Notes under the pieces: model-generated
Told to the model about the DNA's origin: nothing
The model's input: only the letters and a program-made list of their open reading frames with translations
The model's database searches: none
Program-made: the position numbers and the translations under genes
NCBI GenBank assembly: GCA_039589315.1
Contig: JBDHHQ010000004.1
Span: 46,845 to 110,844, forward strand
From: Gemmatimonadota bacterium
GTDB lineage: Bacteria > Gemmatimonadota > Gemmatimonadetes > Longimicrobiales > Gaopeijiaceae
Direction of reading: 5' to 3'
DNA length: 64,000 bases
Shown: piece by piece, positions 1-9,480 of the stretch
Layout of the letters: every line of letters starts with the position of its first letter
Position numbering within the stretch: position 1 is the first letter of the stretch

Positions 1-920
1 GCCTCGACGAGCGCCCAGACCCGGTCCGGGTTCGCCGGTGAGACCGCCACGGACGACTTGCCGAAGAGCCCCGTGGGGAGCCCGCCACCCAGCTTCTCCC
101 AGCTGTCCCCTCCGTCCGTGGTCTTCCAGATGCCCGCCTCACTGGCCCCGGAGATGATCACCCAGGGCTTCCGCTCGGCCCGCCACGCCGAAGCATAGAT
201 TTCCCGGGGGTTGTCGGGATTCATGGCCAGGTCCACGAACCCGGTCGAATCGGACACGAACAGCACCTGCTCCCAGGACTGCCCACCGTCCGTCGTTCGG
301 TAGACGCCTCGATCGGGGTTGGGTCCGAAGGCGTGGCCGAGTGCCGCGATGTAGGCAACATCGGGGTCACTTGGGTGGATCTTCAGGTCGCCCACCTGCC
401 CGATGTCCGTCAGCCCAACGTGAGACCACGTGTCCCCGCCGTCCGTGGAGCGGTACACGCCTTTGCCGGTGGAGACGTTCCCGCGGATACACGCCGATCC
501 CGTGCCGACGTAGATCACATTGGGGTCGGTGTCCGCGACGTCGAGGGCCCCGACGGGGGCGACGTCGAAAAACCCGTCGGTGATGTTGTCCCACGTCTTC
601 CCCGCGTCGTCGGTCACCCAGACGCCCCCTCCGGTCGTCCCGGTATAGAACACGTTGGGGTCGGTCGGGTGACCGGTAACGGCCGTGGACCTGCCGCCGC
701 GGTACGGCCCGATCATCCGGTATTCCATACCGTCGAAGAGTGCCGGATCGTATGCGGGAGCCGCGTCCTGAGCCTCGAGCGGACCGGTCGGCGTCCCGGC
801 CAGTATCAGGGCCCCGAGTGCGGAGAGGTACAGGAGGAAGAGGGCAAGGGAGCCGCGTGACGAGTCATTTCGCTCGGCGAACGCGGAGGAGTGGTCCCTG
901 GCGATTCCGGCGCTCCACAT
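1..920 (-). CDS. BNR/Asp-box (VPS10-like) beta-propeller glycosyl hydrolase-like secreted protein, 3' end beyond the window start
   Basis: Not in the ORF track because it has no stop in the window. Manual translation from ATG 920 (SD AGGAGG upstream): MWSAGIARD...hydrophobic signal...ALFDGMEYRMIGPYRGGRSTAVTG..., with repeated Asp-boxes TDDAGKTW, STDGGDTW, TTDGGQSW, TTDGGDSW. Confidence 0.85.
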   Translation of the reverse strand, partial: MWSAGIARDHSSAFAERNDSSRGSLALFLLYLSALGALILAGTPTGPLEAQDAAPAYDPALFDGMEYRMIGPYRGGRSTAVTGHPTDPNVFYTGTTGGGVWVTDDAGKTWDNITDGFFDVAPVGALDVADTDPNVIYVGTGSACIRGNVSTGKGVYRSTDGGDTWSHVGLTDIGQVGDLKIHPSDPDVAYIAALGHAFGPNPDRGVYRTTDGGQSWEQVLFVSDSTGFVDLAMNPDNPREIYASAWRAERKPWVIISGASEAGIWKTTDGGDSWEKLGGGLPTGLFGKSSVAVSPANPDRVWALVE

Positions 921-1161
921 TGCAGTGCCTCCTGATCATCTCGGGTGGGTCGAGGAGACATTGTAGAGAGCCGTGTCCGGGCTCCGCCACCTGCGGAGCG
1001 CACTCGACCAGGTGCGAACGGAACGCAATCCAGCCCGACCGCAGCCTATGTGAGATCGAGCGCCGCCGGTGACGTCAGCTCGTCCCTCGGCTGCCGTCGA
1101 GGCACGTCCTGTGATTCAGTATCCGCTCAGCAAATGGAGGGCGGGGCTTGGAGGGTCGGCC

Positions 1162-1365
1162 CTATTCCTCATCCGGTCGCGTCCCCTCCTCAGCTCGAGT
1201 CCCCTCCTCGTCAGGCTGAGCCCCCTCCTCGTCAGGCTGAGCCCCCTCCTCGTCGGCGGCACGCTTCGCGGCCTCCTCCTTCAGCAATCTCTTCGCTTCC
1301 TTCTTCTTCTTCTTCGCGATTTCCCGCTGTCGTTTCTGAAAACTGTAGTTGGTCCTCTTCGCCAC
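1162..1365 (-). CDS. Small conserved hypothetical protein (67 aa), basic N-terminus and acidic repeat tail
   Basis: GTG at 1365 follows a strong SD (GAGGAGCCAGGAGGTAGC-GTG). Sequence MAKRTNYSFQKRQREIAKKKKKEAKR...DEEGAQPDEEGAQPDEEG. Confidence 0.7.
   Translation of the reverse strand: MAKRTNYSFQKRQREIAKKKKKEAKRLLKEEAAKRAADEEGAQPDEEGAQPDEEGTRAEEGTRPDEE
1201..1254. repeat. 21-bp tandem repeat, about 2.6 copies (CCCCTCCTCGTCAGGCTGAGC), encoding DEEGAQP
   Basis: Identical units at 1201-1221 and 1222-1242, partial third copy from 1243. Confidence 0.9.
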
Positions 1366-1585
1366 GCTACCTCCTGGCTCCTCGTGAACTCGGTACTGGA
1401 GTATCCCCATTAATCTCGCACATGTGGAAAGCCCGGTGACATGCAAGGCCCGATCCAAGGTCGGCGGCAACGTCCCAGCACACCTCCACCGCGCCGTAGG
1501 GCCTGCAAGCATACAAGATCCAGGGCGATGAGTCCGGCTCAGACCGGAACCGATGGACACTACACCGGAACCTCGCCCCAAGGGC

Positions 1586-2383
1586 TCACCACTTACCGCC
1601 GGGAGGCGGGCTTGACCGCCACCCGGAGCGAACGGGCCGCTGGCTCCAGAGGAGGCCCAGGATGAGCTCTTCCACGTCGTCCGTGACGTTGTCCAGGTAC
1701 GCCAATGCCTCGGCCTCGGTCAGGGGCCCTGGATCTCCCGCCTTGTTCGCGAGCGCCTCACGCGCCCCCGCCACGGCCACGGCACCCTTCTGCTCCTCGC
1801 CCAGCTGGTCAGTCATCTGTGCGTCCGGATCTGCGCCGACCGGGATCTCCTCCTCCTGCTCCGGTGGCGGCTCGGACTGCCGGTCCCCCGGCAGGCTGGT
1901 CAGAGAATCCACCATGCGCTGGGCAAGGGCGAAGTTCCACTGGGCGTTCTCGTCCCCTGGGTTCAGCAGCAACGCCGCCCGGTTGCTGCGGACCGCGGCA
2001 GTCGCGACGGGAAGAGCCGAATCCGGGTCGGTGATCTGAGAGACCCTGGTGAGGGAGCGGTAACCCAGGTTGTAGTGCGCACGCTGCCTGGCGACCGAGT
2101 CGACGTCCTGGGCAGCCAACCTCAGGTAGTGCTCGGCCTCGTCGTCGTCCAGAGCGAGAAGGGCCGTGCCCAGGTTGTAGGTGGCGGCCGCGGTGTGATC
2201 CGGGGCGTCGGCGTGGACTCGATACAACTCGGCTGCAGCCTGCGTCTCACCGTCGCGATACAGCCGGTTCGCCCGCTCCAGACTGCCGCGGTCCAGCGAA
2301 AGAAGGACGCTCACGATGGTGACGAGAAGAACGAGCCCGCCCAGCCACTTGAAGCGCGCGAACCACAGGTCCTTCGAACTCAT
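1586..2383 (-). CDS. TPR-repeat protein, BatC-like
   Basis: N-terminal TM helix; TPR motifs ATYNLGTAL, AHYNLG, NPGDENAQWNFALA; acidic tail ending W; last gene of the MoxR/VWA operon. Confidence 0.75.
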   Translation of the reverse strand: MSSKDLWFARFKWLGGLVLLVTIVSVLLSLDRGSLERANRLYRDGETQAAAELYRVHADAPDHTAAATYNLGTALLALDDDEAEHYLRLAAQDVDSVARQRAHYNLGYRSLTRVSQITDPDSALPVATAAVRSNRAALLLNPGDENAQWNFALAQRMVDSLTSLPGDRQSEPPPEQEEEIPVGADPDAQMTDQLGEEQKGAVAVAGAREALANKAGDPGPLTEAEALAYLDNVTDDVEELILGLLWSQRPVRSGWRSSPPPGGKW

Positions 2384-3489
2384 GCGATCCTCCGGGTCGA
2401 CGCGGCGCGCGGCGAACGGAGAGATTCGCCGCCCGGCGCCTTACGGGTCGATGGAATCGAGGGCCCTCGAGCGGGCGACCGCCTGGTACGTGGCAGGCGG
2501 ACGTCCAGGAGGCTCTCGAACAGTAGACACAGAAGCGCGGCGAGCGCGAGCAGGAATACCGGGTCGAAGCGGGTCCACAAGGGAGCCTCGTATGGGGAGG
2601 GGGGCGCTACTCTCGTGAAGACCTCCTGAAGAGGCGCCTCCTCGCTGGCATGGGCATAGCGACCACCGCCCACCTCGGCCACCCGGCGGAGCAGGGCCTC
2701 GTTCAGCGTCGAGACCGCCCGCGTCCCCCGGTCGTCCAGAATGGGTGCGGACCGGTACCCCAGCGGCATGGCCATCCGGCCGCCCTGTTCCGACCCGATG
2801 CCGATGGTGTGGACCGCGATGCCGTTCGCCGAAGCGTCCCGTGCAGCCCGTGTCACGGCGGCCTCACCTTCACCCGACTCCCCGTCCCCGATCAGAACGA
2901 TCGCCCGCTCGCCCTCAGGCTCCCCGCTGTCGGCGAGCTGCCGCAGGGACTCGCGAATTCCCACGGATACCATGGTCCCGGGATCGGCATGGTTCGCCAC
3001 GTTCGGCGTCACGCCCAGGAGCAGAAAACGGAGGGCGTCGTGATCCCGAGTGGGTGGCGCGAGCGAGTAGCTCCCGCCGGCGAAGAGGAGCAGTCCGACC
3101 CGGTCACCCTCGAGCGTATCGAGGAGCCCATTCACGATGGCCACCGCCGGTGCGAGCCGGGTCGGGGCGACATCGTCTGCTTGCATGGACGCCGAGACGT
3201 CGAGGGCGAGCATCACGCTCCGGTCGGGTGGCGGTGGCTCGAACGGCGGGGGTGGCCACCGGGGCTCCGCCAAGGCGGCTGCCAGGGTGAGCGCCCCCAA
3301 CACGAGGAGGACGACGCGCTCCAACCGAACCCTGTACAAATCCGACCCGGACAGACGACGGACTGCTCGGCGTCCTCCCAAGAAATCGGCCAGCCGCCGG
3401 CGTCTTCGCGCCTGAAGCAGGAGGCCCACGACGACCAGCAGCGCCAGCCCGACGCCGATGCGGAGAAAGAGGGGGTTCGCGAAGATCAC
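2380..3489 (-). CDS. batB: VWA domain membrane protein, BatB-like
   Basis: GTG 3489 overlaps the upstream stop (GTGA). MIDAS motif DVSASM, P-T-R-L, DRVGLLLFAG, IGDGE, TIGIGS; N- and C-terminal TM segments. Confidence 0.8.
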   Translation of the reverse strand: MIFANPLFLRIGVGLALLVVVGLLLQARRRRRLADFLGGRRAVRRLSGSDLYRVRLERVVLLVLGALTLAAALAEPRWPPPPFEPPPPDRSVMLALDVSASMQADDVAPTRLAPAVAIVNGLLDTLEGDRVGLLLFAGGSYSLAPPTRDHDALRFLLLGVTPNVANHADPGTMVSVGIRESLRQLADSGEPEGERAIVLIGDGESGEGEAAVTRAARDASANGIAVHTIGIGSEQGGRMAMPLGYRSAPILDDRGTRAVSTLNEALLRRVAEVGGGRYAHASEEAPLQEVFTRVAPPSPYEAPLWTRFDPVFLLALAALLCLLFESLLDVRLPRTRRSPARGPSIPSTRKAPGGESLRSPRAASTRRIA

Positions 3490-4445
3490 GGGACCAGCCC
3501 CCATCTCGTGCCTCGGAGCATCGCGTCCAGGCCCAGCAGCAGGAGTCCAGCGAGCAGCAGCCAAGCGCGCTCCGGATAACGCACCTCCAGCGTCCTCACC
3601 CGTGGCGTTGGCGTTTCGATCATGTCGATGGTTCGATAGATGGAGTCCAGGGCCGCAGCGGTGGACGCATGGAAATACTGGCCCCCGGTCAGACCCGACA
3701 CGCCGGCCAACACGGTCTCCATGTCCTCGGCGAAGCGCGTTCGGCGGAACTCGGGCGGAAGCACGCTGATGGAATGGACCTTGACACCGAGTCCCGCCGC
3801 CGCCCGGGCGGCCGCGACCGGGAGCACGCCGCCACCGTTGTGTGCTCCGTCCGTGAGCAGGACCACTACCCGCCCCTCCCGCTCCGACTCCCTGACCCGG
3901 GCGACCGAGGTGAGCAGGGCCGCGGAGATGTCGGTCCCGTCGTGAACCAGGTCGACCTCGAGGCCCTCGACTGCCGAGACGATGAGGTTCGCGTCCGCGG
4001 TCGGCGGCATGCGCGTGATGGCCTCACCGGCGAAGGCCACGAGGCTCAGGTCGTCCACCGGACGACCTTCCGCGAAGCCGATCGCCGCCTCCCTGGCGAT
4101 CTCCAGACGGCTCCTGCCGTCCTCCATGTCCATCGAGAGCATCGAGCCGGAGATGTCCAGAGCCAGGCCGATGACCTTCCCTTCCAAGTATCCCTCCTCC
4201 ACGATCTCGATTCGTACGGGCCCGGCCAACGCCACGATCAGGCAGGCCATTGCCGCTCCGCGGAGGACGCGCGGAAGCGTCAGGACGACCCACGATCGTT
4301 GACCCCACCAACCGGTGAGCCGGCCGGCCGAACCGCCCCGGGCGTAGAGCACTCCCCCGCCCTTGCGCGGCCACACCACCAGCCACCACAAGGGCAGCAG
4401 GAACAGCAGGTAGAGGAGATCCGGATCCGTGAATTCCAGGCGCAT
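3486..4445 (-). CDS. batA: VWA domain protein, BatA-like
   Basis: Start MRLEFTDPDLLYLL at 4445 (TGATG coupling). BatA-type N-terminal TM, LALDISGSM MIDAS, AFAGEA, PPTAD, LLTDG, GGQYFHA. Confidence 0.85.
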   Translation of the reverse strand: MRLEFTDPDLLYLLFLLPLWWLVVWPRKGGGVLYARGGSAGRLTGWWGQRSWVVLTLPRVLRGAAMACLIVALAGPVRIEIVEEGYLEGKVIGLALDISGSMLSMDMEDGRSRLEIAREAAIGFAEGRPVDDLSLVAFAGEAITRMPPTADANLIVSAVEGLEVDLVHDGTDISAALLTSVARVRESEREGRVVVLLTDGAHNGGGVLPVAAARAAAGLGVKVHSISVLPPEFRRTRFAEDMETVLAGVSGLTGGQYFHASTAAALDSIYRTIDMIETPTPRVRTLEVRYPERAWLLLAGLLLLGLDAMLRGTRWGLVP

Positions 4446-5446
4446 CAGCCCTCCGGTGCTCGCCGGATCCAGTTCCGGATCGTGCTCCAGTCTCGTTCGG
4501 CAGCCTCGGCCTCCGGCTGTTCGTCGCCGAACTTCACACGCTCGGCCAGCTCCACGGTCGAGACCAGCGTCTCGATCCCGCCAGCGCCCCATCGCTCCTC
4601 GAGCTTGGAAACCAGCTCGGTGCTGGTCAGCGCCATCCTCCACTCCGGCTCGATTCGTTCCGCGAAGTGCCGTAGAACGTCCGTCGAGGCGGCGTAGAAG
4701 TCGTCCGTCCGACCGTCTTTGTGCCACCCTTCGGAGCGTATGCGCTCCAGCTCGCGCAGTGCCTCCTGGCGCGGCGAGCGGCCGCGGAGGCGGGCCAGCA
4801 TGGGGGCACCGATGGACGCCCACCATCTGGGAACCAACATGACCACGGCCAGAGCGAGCCCGAGGAGCGTCAGGACCGTGGCCAGGAGCCGCCAGATGCT
4901 CCACACACCACCGAGCACGTCCGCGGCCGGGCGCGGCTCGAGAACGACATTCTCGTCCAACATCGGCACGAACGGACCCATGTCCACGAACCCCGTCCGA
5001 AGCACGCGTCGGTCGACCTCCGTGGCCGCCGCTGCGGCAGCTTCGCCCGCGCTGCGCGCCGCCCCCTCGCTCCCCATCTCGTCGCCGGAGGTCCGAAGCC
5101 AAAGCTCGATGGGAGGCAGCTCCGCGGGACCTTCCTGGAAGCCGATCAGCGGGTAGGTCATGCGGATCTCGACCGAATCGCCTGGTGCGGCCACCTCCGT
5201 CCACTCGCCCGGACCGACGCTGTGCACTCCGTCCGTGGGTGGCAGCGTGTCCGGCAGGAACGCCACGGCCGTGGGCCGAACCCGTAGCCTGACGTGCAGC
5301 TGGAAGGCCAGCGCCAGGGACGGAGCCTCAGGCTCCAGTCGAACCTCGACGAGTCGGGCGCCATCTATCGCCTGGGGCGACTGGGCATGCGCGTCCCCAG
5401 CAGCCCAGATCACCAGAGCCATCAATAGGATCGACAGGCGTCTCAT
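4445..5446 (-). CDS. Hypothetical exported/membrane protein of the MoxR-Bat operon
   Basis: Signal peptide MRRLSILLMALVIWAAGDAHA; central TM helix; C-terminal ...LTSTEL...AERVKFG typical of the gene between DUF58 and batA; ATGA coupling. Confidence 0.7.
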   Translation of the reverse strand: MRRLSILLMALVIWAAGDAHAQSPQAIDGARLVEVRLEPEAPSLALAFQLHVRLRVRPTAVAFLPDTLPPTDGVHSVGPGEWTEVAAPGDSVEIRMTYPLIGFQEGPAELPPIELWLRTSGDEMGSEGAARSAGEAAAAAATEVDRRVLRTGFVDMGPFVPMLDENVVLEPRPAADVLGGVWSIWRLLATVLTLLGLALAVVMLVPRWWASIGAPMLARLRGRSPRQEALRELERIRSEGWHKDGRTDDFYAASTDVLRHFAERIEPEWRMALTSTELVSKLEERWGAGGIETLVSTVELAERVKFGDEQPEAEAAERDWSTIRNWIRRAPEG

Positions 5447-6387
5447 TGGTTCGCTCGCTGCCTCCGCCGAAAGAAGTCCGCGAGCACCATGAGATGGTCT
5501 GTCGCGGTGTTCACGTCGACCAGGTCCGCTCCTACCTGGGTCAGAAGCAGGGCCATGTCCGCCCGGGCCTGAAGGACGCTGTGCTTGTATCGTTCCCGGA
5601 TCCGACGGCTGCCCGTGTTCATCACGACCCGCCGTCCACTCTCCGGATCCGTCATCTCCACCCAACCGACGTCAGGCAACTCGTCCGCAGCGCGGCTGGC
5701 GAGTCGGACGGCGATCAGGTCATGGGTGCTGGCGACGCGCGTCAGCGCCTGCCGGAACGCCGAGCCGCCGGGGCTCTGGATGAAGTCGCTGATCATGAAG
5801 ACCGTCGCCCGGTGATTGATGGAGGCGTTGATCCACTCCAGTCCCGGGGTGAGATCCGTGCCCGTCCTCTGTGGACGATGGGAGAGGAGGGTCGCCACGA
5901 GCCGGACGAGGTGCCTCGGCCCGGACGCGGGTCGCAGCACGAACTCGACGCGGTCGCTCACCAGGAGGAGCCCGACCCGGTCACTCTGCCGGCTGGCGGC
6001 GAACGCCAGAGCCGCGGCCACTTCCTCGGCCACCTCCCCCGCGCTTCGCTCCCCCGGCCCGTACTGTCCAGAGGCGGAAATGTCGACCATGAGCACGCCA
6101 AGCAGGTTGCGCTCCTCGACGAACTGCCGGACGAACGGCGACTGTCGTCGAGCCGTCACCTTCCAGTCGATCGCGCGCACGTCGTCGCCCGGCTGATAGT
6201 CCCGCACGCTGGAGAATTCGAGACCCCGCCCCGAAAAAACCGCTGCGTACTCCCCCATGAAGAGAGAGTCGACAAGCCCGCGCGTCCGTACCCCCAGGCT
6301 GCGCACCTTGCGCAGCACCTCGGGAGTGAGGGGCGTGCGCTCAGCGCGCCCGTCGTGCCGATCCCGGCGACGGCGTAGCAGACCCAA
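5443..6387 (-). CDS. DUF58 domain protein
   Basis: GRGLEFSSVRDYQPGDDVRAIDWKVTAR, FVEER, VDISAS, ISDF motifs; directly downstream of moxR. Confidence 0.92.
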   Translation of the reverse strand: MGLLRRRRDRHDGRAERTPLTPEVLRKVRSLGVRTRGLVDSLFMGEYAAVFSGRGLEFSSVRDYQPGDDVRAIDWKVTARRQSPFVRQFVEERNLLGVLMVDISASGQYGPGERSAGEVAEEVAAALAFAASRQSDRVGLLLVSDRVEFVLRPASGPRHLVRLVATLLSHRPQRTGTDLTPGLEWINASINHRATVFMISDFIQSPGGSAFRQALTRVASTHDLIAVRLASRAADELPDVGWVEMTDPESGRRVVMNTGSRRIRERYKHSVLQARADMALLLTQVGADLVDVNTATDHLMVLADFFRRRQRANQ

Positions 6388-6392
6388 TGTTG

Positions 6393-7400
6393 TCAGGGAG
6401 CCGGCACGGTGGACAGGAGCGAGGTGACCATCTGATCCGCGTCGATTCCCCGGGCGTCGGCCTCATAGGTCGTCTTGATCCGGTGGCGAAGCACAGGTGG
6501 AGCCATCGCCTTCACGTCGTCGGGAAGCACGTAGTCGCGGCCCTGGAGGTACGCATGGGCGCGGGCGGCGCGGGTCAAGAAGATGGTGGCCCGGGGCGAG
6601 ATGCCGAACTCCATGAGGTCACCCAGCTCCGAAAGCCCGGCCTGCTCGGGCTCCCGGGTCGCGAACACGAGCTCCACGATGTAGTCCTGAATCCGGTCGT
6701 GTACCCGTACGCCCTCGAGCTCCTCCCGGGCCTCGAGGATCTCGGCCGCGCTCGTGGGCGACTCGATCTCGGGGCCTCGGGTGTCACCCGTGAGGAGCGC
6801 GACCCGGTCGATGATCTCCTTTTCGTCCGTCCTGCCCGGATACCCGATCCTCAGCTTCATCATGAATCGATCCAGCTGCGCCTCGGCCAACGGGTAAGTG
6901 CCCTGGTGCTCGATGGGGTTCTGGGTAGCCAGCACGAGAAAGGGAGAAGGCAGCGGATAGGTCTTGCCGTCGATCGTGACCTGCTTCTCCTCCATGGCCT
7001 CGAGCAAACCCGATTGGACTTTGGGCGAAGCGCGATTGATCTCGTCCGCGAGCACCAGGTTCGCGAAGATCGGTCCCTTGTGGACCCGAAACTCGCCCGT
7101 TCCCTGATGGTAGACCGGAGTCCCCACGATGTCGCCGGGAAGCAGGTCAGGGGTCAGCTGAATGCGACCGAAAGTGGTGTGCAACGCATCCGCGAGGGAG
7201 CGCACGAGCAGAGTCTTGGCTAGGCCCGGCAGTCCCTCCAGGAGAATATGGCCCCCAGTCATGAGGCCAATGAGGAGCCCCTGGACAGTCTCGTCCTGGC
7301 CGACGACCCGCTGATGGACCGCGTCCGCGACCTGTTGAAGCAGCCGGTAGCGATTCGCAGGAGCGTACGCCTGCGCGCTCTCGGCGGGGGAATTCGGCAC
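6393..7400 (-). CDS. moxR: MoxR family AAA+ ATPase
   Basis: Walker A GLPGLAKT, RIQLTPDLLPGDIVG, Walker B LADEINRASPKVQSGLLEAMEE, ATQNPIE, LAEAQLDRF. Start uncertain (GTG 7400 chosen). Confidence 0.95.
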   Translation of the reverse strand: MPNSPAESAQAYAPANRYRLLQQVADAVHQRVVGQDETVQGLLIGLMTGGHILLEGLPGLAKTLLVRSLADALHTTFGRIQLTPDLLPGDIVGTPVYHQGTGEFRVHKGPIFANLVLADEINRASPKVQSGLLEAMEEKQVTIDGKTYPLPSPFLVLATQNPIEHQGTYPLAEAQLDRFMMKLRIGYPGRTDEKEIIDRVALLTGDTRGPEIESPTSAAEILEAREELEGVRVHDRIQDYIVELVFATREPEQAGLSELGDLMEFGISPRATIFLTRAARAHAYLQGRDYVLPDDVKAMAPPVLRHRIKTTYEADARGIDADQMVTSLLSTVPAP

Positions 7401-7508
7401 GGGGACACCGTCCTGCCACGGGGATCTTGCGGAACTTATAGAAGTAGTAAATGACCGCATCGACTTTGTCGCCGCAAGAGGCGGCGCCGAGTCGTCAAGC
7501 ACCTACGG

Positions 7509-8765
7509 TCATGGAGATTGTCCGTGCAGCTCCTCGATGGGCACGAAATCGATGTCGAACCCGAAGTGTCGAGGACCCAGCGCCTCGATGGCCTGGGGCG
7601 TGCGCCATAGCGCGGCCGCCGGAAAGCCAATGACGGTCAACTCCTCCCCCACCCGGAAGCTCCCGATCACCGCCTCGCCCCCCCGCATGGCCCAACCGGT
7701 CGCCGGATCTACGGCCGCGATGATATCGGGCGCGGCCGCGTTGAGCTCGCCGTCGCGCCAAGCGACCATATTCTCGTTCTTGTTGTAGATGTGATACTCG
7801 CTTCCTTCATATTCGCCGATCCCCGCGAGGTACGCGTCAGTCCATCCGAATCCACGCTCCCCGCGGGACTCCGACCGGGTGACTGTACCCTTGAAGAGGA
7901 CGAAGCCACCCCCGGCCTCGACCACGGCCTGGACTGGGTCACTCCCAGCCTCGACAGCTTCCCGCGCTGCCCGACCCAGGCGAATGCACTGACTGAGAAA
8001 GGCCGGGATCAGGTTCTCCTTGAGCTCTGCGCCCGAAAGCGCGTTGGCTGCCACGCGCACGCCTCCTCCGCTCGCGACCGCGAGACTGCGAGTCAGGTCC
8101 TCGGTCCGAGAGTCGTCATAGACGGTCGGGAAGATGAACACGTCGCCGTACCGCGTCACCCCCGCGAATGGCGCGCGCGTGATACCGCTGTTCAGGTTGA
8201 ACGGGCTCATCTGGACCTCGGGGAGGCAACGACCCGATGGCCCGCCGTCGATGATCGGGATCCCGAGCCGAGCTGCGGTCAACAAGGCGCCGACCGTGGC
8301 TCCGCCTGCCTCGGCCTGGAATGTGACGGTGAATTGTCGACCGATGTACTCGCCCAGAATCTGCTCGGGTGTCGGGCGGGCCGGATCGGGCTCGAACCCC
8401 TGTGCTTCGTAGCGGTCGATGACGTCCTGCCACGCGCCGCCTCCGCCGATTCCGAAGCTCGTGAAGCCGAACCAGTCGTCGGGCACGTCCTCGAGGGCGA
8501 TCATCGTGAAAGTTTGGCCCTGGCGTACGGCATCGGTAATGCGATCGATATTCCGCCGAGTGTCGATCCCACGAGAACAGAAGATGCCCGCTCCCACCAT
8601 CATGTCCACGAGCTCCTGTTCCGTCAGGGTCCTGATCGGCGGATCGACCTGTGCATCCGGTCCGTCTGGCGCGTCCGTGCCACGCGGAGCTTCCACGCAC
8701 GCGAAGCTCGCCACCGCCATTGTGGCTGCCCACCACAGCGACCCGACTCCAATTCGTCCGCGCAT
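7509..8765 (-). CDS. DUF917 family protein (thiohydantoin desulfurase-like fold), predicted lipoprotein
   Basis: ATG 8765; lipobox SFAC; LTEQELVD start of the domain, GIPIIDGGPSGRCLPE, VLFKG, KNENMVAW, APDII, GPRHFGFD C-terminus. Confidence 0.8.
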   Translation of the reverse strand: MRGRIGVGSLWWAATMAVASFACVEAPRGTDAPDGPDAQVDPPIRTLTEQELVDMMVGAGIFCSRGIDTRRNIDRITDAVRQGQTFTMIALEDVPDDWFGFTSFGIGGGGAWQDVIDRYEAQGFEPDPARPTPEQILGEYIGRQFTVTFQAEAGGATVGALLTAARLGIPIIDGGPSGRCLPEVQMSPFNLNSGITRAPFAGVTRYGDVFIFPTVYDDSRTEDLTRSLAVASGGGVRVAANALSGAELKENLIPAFLSQCIRLGRAAREAVEAGSDPVQAVVEAGGGFVLFKGTVTRSESRGERGFGWTDAYLAGIGEYEGSEYHIYNKNENMVAWRDGELNAAAPDIIAAVDPATGWAMRGGEAVIGSFRVGEELTVIGFPAAALWRTPQAIEALGPRHFGFDIDFVPIEELHGQSP

Positions 8766-8818
8766 TGAACTAGACCCCTGTCTTGTAGGCAGACGTGCTG
8801 CCGAATGGTTTGTCGATC

Positions 8819-9232
8819 CTATCGGCCGGCAGGTTCCAGGATCAGCTGGTGGGGAAGCCGGATGGTCAGGTGGAGTGAGTCGCCTGGGTTGAGGCGCGGC
8901 ATCGGATTCGACGTCGCCGTTCGGCGGCTCGTGGTGAAGTCGGCGACGATCCGTACCTCCATCATCGCGCGCCACGGGATCTGGAAGGTGGCGCTGCTCC
9001 GACCGTCGATGGTCCCCAGTGGGCTCGCGACCGCGGTGTCCCACCTGTACCTGAGCGTGATAGGCTCGCCAAGCTGATTGTCGACAGTCAGCGTGAGGGG
9101 TGCGGTGCCTTCGCCGGGAGCGGCCGTGCCGGGACCGGTGGCCGCCTGGCCGGAACTGCAGGCCAGGGCGAGTGGGGCCAACAGGCAGCACACGGCTGCC
9201 AGTGTCTGAAGGGGGCGCTTGTCTCTGGCCAT
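8819..9232 (-). CDS. Hypothetical lipoprotein
   Basis: SD GAGGAG before ATG 9232; lipobox LALAC; beta-rich mature part. Confidence 0.65.
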   Translation of the reverse strand: MARDKRPLQTLAAVCCLLAPLALACSSGQAATGPGTAAPGEGTAPLTLTVDNQLGEPITLRYRWDTAVASPLGTIDGRSSATFQIPWRAMMEVRIVADFTTSRRTATSNPMPRLNPGDSLHLTIRLPHQLILEPAGR

Positions 9233-9273
9233 GACGCTCTCCTCGGCAAGAAGACGCGGATGCTTCACTTGCC

Positions 9274-9303
9274 ATCGTAGATGCGCCTCTGAGGGGGTGT
9301 CAA
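9274..9303 (-). promoter_or_regulatory. Sigma70-type promoter for the lipoprotein-DUF917 genes
   Basis: Minus strand TTGACA (9303-9298), 18-nt spacer, TACGAT (9279-9274). A second TTGACA on the plus strand at 9333-9338 faces the hydantoinase genes. Confidence 0.55.
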
Positions 9304-9480
9304 ACGCGGGGCGAATATGGTCGTGTGCTCTGTTGACACGCCTGCATGCGCATAGCCTATTGCAGCCTTCATCCCGACCCGACGTCCCTCGTTTTCTCCA
9401 CCCGTCATTGGCCAAGGACGGGCGGCTTGGACTTTGGCGTCTCAACTCGACATCAAGCCCCGGACTGGAAGGTAGAGCCA

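Noticed and set aside
3486..9275. Long N-terminal extensions in the ORF track (572-aa VWA, 588-aa DUF917; also 536-aa NicX-like, 703-aa GMC, 767-aa hydantoinase) suggesting fusions
   Set aside because: The extensions are low-complexity Arg/Gly/Pro text, mostly overlapping neighbouring genes. Downstream starts with SD or stop-start coupling, and signal peptides where expected, fit better.
9333..9363. Plus-strand TTGACA upstream of the hydantoinase A gene as a complete promoter
   Set aside because: No convincing -10 at 16-18 nt spacing, so it is mentioned only as a possible -35.
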